DNA from: Eledone cirrhosa
Lineage: Eukaryota
Reading direction: 5' to 3'
Assembly: GCA_964016885.1 (NCBI GenBank)
Contig: OZ024762.1
Location: 30,628,001-30,692,000, forward strand
DNA length: 64,000 bases
Shown here: one piece after another, positions 55,401 to 64,000 of the stretch
Layout: every line of letters starts with the position of its first letter
How positions within the stretch are numbered: position 1 is the stretch's first letter
Notes under the pieces: model-generated
The model's input: the letters and a program-made list of their open reading frames with translations, nothing else
The model's database searches: none
Told to the model about the DNA's origin: nothing
Translations under genes and position numbers: made by a program

Positions 55401-58400
55401 ATTTAAGTTCATGGTATTAGCTGTCAGAAGTAACTCCACTGTTGGTGAGAATTCATTTAAGTTCATGGTATTAGCTGTCAGAAGTAACTCCACTGTTGGT
55501 GAGAATTCATTTAAGTTGATGGTATTAGCTGTCAGAAGGAACTCCACTGTTGGTGAGAATTCATTTAAGTTCATGGTACTAGCTGTCAGAAGTAACTCCA
55601 CTGTTGGTGAGAATTCATTTAAGTTCATGGTATTAGTTTGTCAGAAGTAACTCCACTGTTGGTGAGAATTCATTTAAGTCATGGTATTAGTTGTCAGAAG
55701 TAACTCCAAAGTTGGTGAGAATTCATTTAAGTCATGGTACTAGCTGTCAGAAGTAAATCCAATGTTGGTGAGAATTCATTTAAGTTCATGGTATTAGCTG
55801 TCAGAAGGAACTCCACTGTTGGTGAGAATTCATTTAAGTTCATGGTATAAGCTGTCAGAAGTAACTCCACTGTTGGTGAGAATTCATTTATGTTCATGGT
55901 ACTAGCTGTCAGAAGTAACTCCAATGTTTGTGAGAATTCATTTAAGTTCATGGTATTAGCTGTCAGAAGTAACTCCACTGTTGGTGAGAATTCATTTAAG
56001 TCATGGTATTAGCTGTCAGAAGTAACTCCAATGTTGGTGAGAATTCATTTAAGTTCATGGTATTAGCTGTCAGAAGTAACTCCACTGTTGGTGAGAATTC
56101 ATTTAAGTTTATGGTATTAGCTGTCAGAAGTAACTCCACTGTTGGTGAGAATTCATTTAAGTTCATGGTGCTAGCTGTCAGAAGTAACTCCACTGTTGGT
56201 GAGAATTCATTTAAGTTCATGGTATTAGTTTGTCAGAAGTAACTCCACTGTTGGTGAGAATTCATTTAAGTCATGGTATTAGTTGTCAGAAGTAACTCCA
56301 ATGTTGGTGAGAATTCATTTAAGTCATGGTACTAGCTGTCAGAAGTAACTCCACTGTTGGTGAGAATTCATTTAAGTTCATGGTACTAGCTGTCAGAAGT
56401 AACTCCACAGTTGGTGAAAATTCATTTAAGTTCATGGTACTAGCTGTCAGAAGTAACTCCAATGTTGGTGAGAATTCATTTAAATTCATGGTATTAGCTG
56501 TCAGAAGTAAATCCACTGTTGGTGAGAATTCATTTAAGTTCATGGTACTAGCTGTCAGAAGTAACCCCAATGTTGGTGAGAATTCATTTAAGTTCATGGT
56601 ATTAGCTGTCAGAAGTCACTCCAATGTTGGTGAGAATTCATTTAAGTTCATGGTATTAGCTGTCAGAAGTCACTCCACTGTTGGTGAGAATTCATTTAAG
56701 TTCATGGTACTAGCTGTCAGAAGTAACCCCAATGTTGCTGAGAATTCATTTAAGTTCATGGTATTAACTGTCAGAAGTCACTCCAATGTTGGTGAGAATT
56801 CATTTAAGTTCATGGTATTAGCTGTCAGAAGTAACTCCACTGTTGGTGAGAATTCATTTAAGTTCATGGTACTAGCTGTCAGAAGTAACCCCAATGTTGG
56901 TTAGAATTCATTTAAGTTCATGGTATTAGCTGTCAAAAGTCACTCCAATTTTTGTGAGAATTCATTTAAGTTCATGGTATTAGCTGTCAGAAGTCACTCC
57001 ACTTTTGGTGAGAATTCATTTAAGTTCATGGTACTAGCTGTCAGAAGTAACCCCAATGTTGGTGAGAATTCATTTAAGTTCATGGTATTAGCTGTCAGAA
57101 GTAACTCCACTGATGGTGAGAATTCATTTAAGTTCATGGTATTAGCTGTCAGAAGTAACTCCACTGTTGGTGAGAATTCATTTAAGTTCATGGTACCAGC
57201 TGTCACAAGTAACTCCACTGTTGGTGAGAATTCATTTAAGTTCATGGTACTAGCTGTCAGAAGTAACTCCAATGTTGGTGAGAATTCATTTAAATTCATG
57301 GTATTAGCTGTCAGAAGTAACTCCACTGTTGGTGAGAATTCATTTAAGTTCATGGTACTAGCTGTCAGAAGTAACCCCAATGTTGGTGAGAATTCATTTA
57401 AGTTCATGGTATTAGCTGTCAGAAGAGACTCCAATGTTGGTGAGAATTCATTTAAGTTCATGGTATTAGCTGTCAGAAGTCACTCCACTGTTGGTGAGAA
57501 TTCATTTAAGTTCATGGTACTAGCTGTCAGAAGTAACCCCAATGTTGGTGAGAATTCATTTAAGTTCATGGTATTAGCTGTCAGAAGTCACTCCAATGTT
57601 GGTGAGAATTCATTTAAGTTCATGGTATTAGCTGTCAGAAGTAACTCCACTGTTGGTGAGAATTCATTTAAGTTCATGGTATTAGCTGTCAGAAGTAACT
57701 CCACTGTTGGTGAGAATTCATTTAAGTTCATGGTATTAGCTGTCAGAAGTAACTCCACTGTTGGTGAGAATTCATTTAAGTTCATGGTATTAGCTGTCAG
57801 AAGGAACTCCAATGTTGGTGAGAATACATTTAAGTCATGTTACTAGCTGTCAGAAGTAACTCCACTGTTGGTGAGAATTCATTTAAGTTCATTTTATTAG
57901 CTGTCAGAAGGAACGCCACTGTTGGTGAGAATTCATTTAAGTTCAAGGTATTAGCTGTCAGAAGTAACTCCACTGTTGGTGAGAATTCATTTAAGTTCAT
58001 GGTACTAGCTGTCAGAAGTAACTCCAATGTTGGTGAGAATTCATTTAAGTTCATGGTATTAGCTGTCAGAAGGAACTCCACTGTTGGTGAGAATTCATTT
58101 AAGTTCATGGTATTAGCTGTCAGAAGTAACTCCACTGTTGGTGAGAATTCATTTAAGTCATGGTATTAGTTGTCAGAAGTAACTCCAATGTTGGTGAGAA
58201 TTCATTTAAGTTCATGGTACTAGCTGTCAGAAGTAACTCCACTGTTGGTGAGAATTCATTTAAGTTGATGGTATTAGCTGTCAGAAGGAACTCCACTGTT
58301 GGTGAGAATTCATTTAAGTTCATGGTACTAGCTGTCAGAAGTAACTCCACTGTTGGTGAGAATTCATTTAAGTTCATGGTATTAGTTCGTCAGAAGTAAC
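43440..58400. repeat. Higher-order duplication with base offset 6631 bp; the second copy carries a 2912-bp (54-monomer) tandem duplication and lacks a 700-bp and a 485-bp segment
   Basis: ORF offsets step 6631 (43709/50340), 9543 (45058/54601), 8843 (47483/56326, 48077/56920), 8358 (49479/57837). 50340/53252 and 51689/54601 differ by 2912; 46184/46884 by 700; 43709/45058 by 1349. Confidence 0.88.
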
Positions 58401-61400
58401 TCCACTGTTGGTGAGAATTCATTTAAGTCATGGTATTAGTTGTCAGAAGTAACTCCAATGTTGGTGAGAATTCATTTAAGTCATGGTACTAGCTGTCAGA
58501 AGTAACTCCAATGTTGGTGAGAATTCATTTAAGTTCATGGTATTAGCTGTCAGAAGGTACTCCACTGTTGGTGAGAATTCATTTAAGTTCATGGTATTAG
58601 CTGTCAGAAGTAACTCCACTGTTGGTGAGAATTCATTTAAGTTCATGGTACTAGCTGTCAGAAGTAACTCCAATGTTGGTGAGAATTCATTTAAGTTCAT
58701 GGTATTAGCTGTCAGAAGTAACTCCACTGTTGGTGAGAATTCATTTAAGTCATGTTATTAGCTGTCAGAAGTAACTCCAATGTTGGTGAGAATTCATTTA
58801 AGTTCATGGTATTAGCTGTCAGAAGTAACTCCACTGTTGGTGAGAATTCATTTAAGTTCATGGTACCAGCTGTCACAAGTAACTCCACTGTTGGTGAGAA
58901 TTCATTTAAGTTCATGGTACTAGCTGTCAGAAGTAACTCCAATGTTGGTGAGAATTCATTTAAATTCATGGTATTAGCTGTCAGAAGTAACTCCACTGTT
59001 GGTGAGAATTCATTTAAGTTCATGGTACTAGCTGTCAGAAGTAACCCCAATGTTGGTGAGAATTCATTTAAGTTCATGGTATTAGCTGTCAGAAGAGACT
59101 CCAATGTTGGTGAGAATTCATTTAAGTTCATGGTATTAGCTGTCAGAAGTCACTCCACTGTTGGTGAGAATTCATTTAAGTTCATGGTACTAGCTGTCAG
59201 AAGTAACCCCAATGTTGGTGAGAATTCATTTAAGTTCATGGTATTAGCTGTCAGAAGTCACTCCAATGTTGGTGAGAATTCATTTAAGTTCATGGTATTA
59301 GCTGTCAGAAGTAACTCCACTGTTGGTGAGAATTCATTTAAGTTCATGGTACTAGCTGTCAGAAGTAACTCCAATGTTGGTGAGAATTCATTTAAGTTCA
59401 TGGTATTAGCTGTCAGAAGGAACTCCACTGTTGGTGAGAATTCATTTAAGTTCATGGTATTAGCTGTCAGAAGTAACTCCACTGTTGGTGAGAATTCATT
59501 TAAGTCATGGTATTAGTTGTCAGAAGTAACTCCAATGTTCGTGAGAATTCATTTAAGTTCATGGTACTAGCTGTCAGAAGTAACTCCACTGTTGGTGAGA
59601 ATTCATTTAAGTTGATGGTATTAGCTGTCAGAAGGAACTCCACTGTTGGTGAGAATTCATTTAAGTTCATGGTATTAGTTCGTCAGAAGTAACTCCACTG
59701 TTGGTGAGAATTCATTTAAGTCATGGTATTAGTTGTCAGAAGTAACTCCAATGTTGGTGAGAATTCATTTAAGTCATGGTACTAGCTGTCAGAAGTAACT
59801 CCAATGTTGGTGAGAATTCATTTAAGTTCATGGTATTAGCTGTCAGAAGGTACTCCACTGTTGGTGAGAATTCATTTAAGTTCATGGTATTAGCTGTCAG
59901 AAGTAACTCCACTGTTGGTGAGAATTCATTTAAGTTCATGGTACTAGCTGTCAGAAGTAACTCCAATGTTGGTGAGAATTCATTTAAGTTCATGGTATTA
60001 GCTGTCAGAAGTAACTCCACTGTTGGTGAGAATTCATTTAAGTCATGTTATTAGCTGTCAGAAGTAACTCCAATGTTGGTGAGAATTCATTTAAGTTCAT
60101 GGTATTAGCTGTCAGAAGTAACTCCACTGTTGGTGAGAATTCATTTAAGTTCATGGTATTAGCTGTCAGAAGTAACTCCACTGTTGGTGAGAATTCATTT
60201 AAGTTCATGGTACTAGCTGTCAGAAGTAACTCCTCTGCTGGTGAGAATTCATTTAAGTTCATGGTATTAGTTTGTCAGAAGTAACTCCAATGTTGGTGAG
60301 AATTCATTTAAGTCATGTTATTAGTTGTCAGAAGTAACTCCAATGTTGGTGAGAATTCATTTAAGTCATGGTACTAGCTGTCAGAAGTAACTCCACTGTT
60401 GGTGAGAATTCATTTAAGTCATGGTACTAGCTGTCAGAAGTAACTCCACTGTTGGTGAGAATTCATTAAATTCATGGTATTAGCTGTCAGAAGTAACTCC
60501 ACTGTTGGTGAGAATTCATTTAAGTTGATGGTATTAGCTGTCAGAAGGAACTCCACTGTTGGTGAGAATTCATTTAAGTTCATGGTACTAGCTGTCAGAA
60601 GTAACTCCACTGTTGGTGAGAATTCATTTAAGTTCATGGTATTAGTTTGTCAGAAGTAACTCCACTGTTGGTGAGAATTCATTTAAGGAATGGTATTAGT
60701 TGTCAGAAGTAACTCCAATGTTGGTGAGAATTCATTTAAGTCATGGTACTAGCTGTCAGAAGTAACTCCAATGTTGGTGAGAATTCATTTAAGTTCATGG
60801 TATTAGCTGTCAGAAGGTACTCCACTGTTGGTGAGAATTCATTTAAGTTCATGGTATTAGCTGTCAGAAGTAACTCCACTGTTGGTGAGAATTCATTTAA
60901 GTTCATGGTACTAGCTGTCAGAAGTAACTCCAATGTTGGTGAGAATTCATTTAAGTTCATGGTATTAGCTGTCAGAAGTAACTCCACTGTTGGTGAGAAT
61001 TCATTTAAGTCATGTTATTAGCTGTCAGAAGTAACTCCAATGTTGGTGAGAATTCATTTAAGTTCATGGTATTAGCTGTCAGAAGTAACTCCACTGTTGG
61101 TGAGAATTCATTTAAGTTCATGGTATTAGCTGTCAGAAGTAACTCCACTGTTGGTGAGAATTCATTTAAGTTCATGGTACTAGCTGTCAGAAGTAACTCC
61201 ACTGTTGGTGAGAATTCATTTAAGTTCATGGTATTAGTTTGTCAGAAGTAACTCCAATGTTGGTGAGAATTCATTTAAGTCATGTTATTAGTTGTCAGAA
61301 GTAACTCCAATGTTGGTGAGAATTCATTTAAGTCATGGTACTAGCTGTCAGAAGTAACTCCACTGTTGGTGAGAATTCATTTAAGTCATGGTACTAGCTG

Positions 61401-63915
61401 TCAGAAGTAACTCCACTGTTGGTGAGAATTCATTAAATTCATGGTATTAGCTGTCAGAAGTAACTCCACTGTTGGTGAGAATTCATTTAAGTCATGGTAT
61501 TAGTTGTCAGAAGTAACTCCAATGTTGGTGAGAATTCATTTAAGTTCATGGTACTAGCTGTCAGAAGTAACTCCACTGTTGGTGAGAATTCATTTAAGTT
61601 CATGGTATTAGCTGTCAGAAGTAACTCCACTGTTGGTGAGAATTCATTTAAGTCATGGTATGTATTAGCTGTCAGAAGTAACTCCATTGTTGGTGAGAAT
61701 TCATTTAAGTCATGGTACTAGCTGTCAGAAGTAACTCCACTGTTGGTGAGAATTCATTTAAGTTGATGGTATTAGCTGTCAGAAGGAACTCCACTGTTGG
61801 TGAGAATTCATTTAAGTTCATGGTCCTAGCTGTCAGAAGTAACTCCACTGTTGGTGAGAATTCATTTAAGTTCATGGTATTAGTTTGTCAGAAGTAACTT
61901 CACTGTTGGTGAGAATTCATTTAAGTCATGGTATTAGTTGTCAGAAGTAACTCCAATGTTGGTGAGAATTCATTTAAGTCATGGTACTAGCTGTCAGAAG
62001 TAACTCCAATGTTGGTGAGAATTCATTTAAGTTCATGGTATTAGCTGTCAGAAGGAACTCCACTGTTGGTGAGAATTCATTTAAGTTTATGGTATTAGCT
62101 GTCAGAAGTAACTCCACTGTTGGTGAGAATTCATTTAAGTTCATGGTATTAGCTGTCAGAAGTAACTCCACTGTTGGTGAGAATTCATTTAAGTTCATGG
62201 TACTAGCTGTCAGAGGTAACTCCACTGTTGGTGAGAATTCATTTAAGTTTATTTTATTAGCTGTCAGAAGGAACGCCACTGTTGGTGAGAATTCATTTAA
62301 GTTCATGGTATTAGCTGTCAGAAGTAGCTCCACTGTTGGTGAGAATTCATTTAAGTTCATGGTACTAGCTGTCAGAAGTAACTCCAATGTTGGTGAGAAT
62401 TCATTTAAGTTCATGGTATTAGCTGTCAGAAGGAACTCCACTGTTGGTGAGAATTCATTTAAGTTCATGGTATTAGCTGTCAGAAGTAACTCCACTGTTG
62501 GTGAGAATTCATTTAAGTCATGGTATTAGTTGTCAGAAGTAACTCCAATGTTGGTGAGAATTCATTTAAGTTCATGGTACTAGCTGTCAGAAGTAACTCC
62601 ACTGTTGGTGAGAATTCATTTAAGTTGATGGTATTAGCTGTCAGAAGGAACTCCACTGTTGGTGAGAATTCATTTAAGTTCATGGTACTAGCTGTCAGAA
62701 GTAACTCCACTGTTGGTGAGAATTCATTTAAGTTCATGGTATTAGTTTGTCAGAAGTAACTCCACTGTTGGTGAGAATTCATTTAAGTCATGGTATTAGT
62801 TGTCAGAAGTAACTCCAATGTTGGTGAGAATTCATTTAAGTCATGGTACTAGCTGTCAGAAGTAACTCCAATGTTGGTGAGAATTCATTTAAGTTCATGG
62901 TATTAGCTGTCAGAAGGTACTCCACTGTTGGTGAGAATTCATTTAAGTTCATGGTATTAGCTGTCAGAAGTAACTCCACTGTTGGTCAGAATTCATTTAA
63001 GTTCATGGTACTAGCTGTCAGAAGTAACTCCAATGTTGGTGAGAATTCATTTAAGTTCATGGTATTAGCTGTCAGAAGTAACTCCACTGTTGGTGAGAAT
63101 TCATTTAAGTCATGTTATTAGCTGTCAGAAGTAACTCCAATGTTGGTGAGAATTCATTTAAGTTCATGGTATTAGCTGTCAGAAGTAACTCCACTGTTGG
63201 TGAGAATTCATTTAAGTTCATGGTATTAGCTGTCAGAAGTAACTCCACTGTTGGTGAGAATTCATTTAAGTTCATGGTACTAGCTGTCAGAAGTAACTCC
63301 ACTGTTGGTGAGAATTCATTTAAGTTCATGGTATTAGTTTGTCAGAAGTAACTCCAATGTTGGTGAGAATTCATTTAAGTCATGTTATTAGTTGTCAGAA
63401 GTAACTCCAATGTTGGTGAGAATTCATTTAAGTCATGGTACTAGCTGTCAGAAGTAACTCCACTGTTGGTGAGAATTCATTTAAGTCATGGTACTAGCTG
63501 TCAGAAGTAACTCCACTGTTGGTGAGAATTCATTAAATTCATGGTATTAGCTGTCAGAAGTAACTCCACTGTTGGTGAGAATTCATTTAAGTCATGGTAT
63601 TAGTTGTCAGAAGTAACTCCAATGTTGGTGAGAATTCATTTAAGTTCATGGTACTAGCTGTCAGAAGTAACTCCACTGTTGGTGATAATTCATTTAAGTT
63701 CATGGTGTTAGCTGTCAGAAGTAACTCCACTGTTGGTGAGAATTCATTTAAGTCATGGTATGTATTAGCTGTCAGAAGTAACTCCATTGTTGGTGAGAAT
63801 TCATTTAAGTCATGGTACTAGCTGTCAGAAGTAACTCCACTGTTGGTGAGAATTCATTTAAGTTGATGGTATTAGCTGTCAGAAGGAACTCCACTGTTGG
63901 TGAGAATTCATTTAA
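58400..63915. repeat. Indel-rich terminal domain with short higher-order repeats (offsets 1293, 967, 2100 bp)
   Basis: The AAGGTAC-marked ORF starts at 58483, 59776, 60743 and 62843. 60481-61815 recurs at 62581-63915, including a 4-bp GTAT duplication (61658-61665, 63758-63765). Confidence 0.87.
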
Positions 63916-64000
63916 GTCATGGTACTAGCTGTCAGAAGTAACTCCACTGTTGGTGAGAATTCATTTAAGTTCATGGTATTAGTTTGTCAGAAGTAACTCC

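Larger units (their letters stand above)
1..64000. repeat. Satellite DNA array, 54-bp monomer (53-, 55- and 57-bp indel variants), single orientation, about 1,190 copies, truncated by both window edges
   Basis: Seen directly: every line is a rotation of ATGGTAYTAGCTGTCAGAAGTAACTCCAMTGTTGGTGAGAATTCATTTAAGTTC, and the ORF track shows an 18-aa period on both strands. Monomers usually differ from consensus at 0-3 positions. Confidence 0.99.

Noticed and set aside
49802-55650. Round monomer counts (54 monomers of 54 bp here; 100 monomers at 13850-24755) as meaningful
   Set aside because: Other duplications span 10, 13, 18, 21, 22, 24, 25, 39, 64 and 66 monomers, so these values look coincidental.
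113-63821. ORFs of 61-524 aa on both strands as protein-coding genes
   Set aside because: They are translations of the 54-bp monomer, bounded only by 1-bp indels or point stops, with no unique N- or C-terminal domain, no recognisable motif and no flanking non-repeat sequence.
1-64000. CRISPR array or other repeat-spacer system
   Set aside because: Monomers abut directly, variation is limited to a few SNV/indel sites, and there are no unique spacers, leader or cas genes.
1-64000. Telomeric repeat, rDNA/5S unit, tRNA or SINE array
   Set aside because: No G-rich short telomere motif, no similarity I recognise to rRNA or tRNA, and no convincing pol III A/B boxes.
1-64000. Transposon insertion, inversion or embedded unique island
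   Set aside because: None seen. The ORF track keeps the same peptide on the same strand throughout, and gaps in the track are indel-dense satellite.
1-64000. C/T and C/A allele pattern as an information code, or indels as programmed frameshift/phase-variation cassettes
   Set aside because: The pattern is explained by nested segmental duplication, and no recombinase, reverse transcriptase or expression locus is present.

Overview
The whole 64-kb window is one uninterrupted head-to-tail tandem array of a 54-bp monomer (about 1,190 copies by length division, 37-39% GC, one EcoRI site in almost every monomer). Consensus: ATGGTA[C/T]TAGCTGTCAGAAGTAACTCCA[C/A]TGTTGGTGAGAATTCATTTAAGTTC. I saw no unique sequence, inversion, transposon insertion, RNA gene or CRISPR spacer, and the array runs off both ends of the window. 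It looks like eukaryotic satellite DNA (heterochromatic, possibly centromeric or subtelomeric), but I cannot name the family or organism. The roughly 200 ORFs in the track are by-products of a monomer divisible by 3, and I do not call any as genes. The real information is in the variant pattern: fixed-order monomer haplotypes, a 162-bp trimer, a 1,724-bp (32-mer) period, nested kb-scale duplications (3,555, 3,448, 5,390, 11,749, 6,631, 2,912 and 2,100 bp offsets), marker-defined domains, and rising divergence toward the right end. I found no support for a new gene-encoded system. Duplication offsets come from the ORF track and marker positions; block boundaries are approximate and were read by eye.
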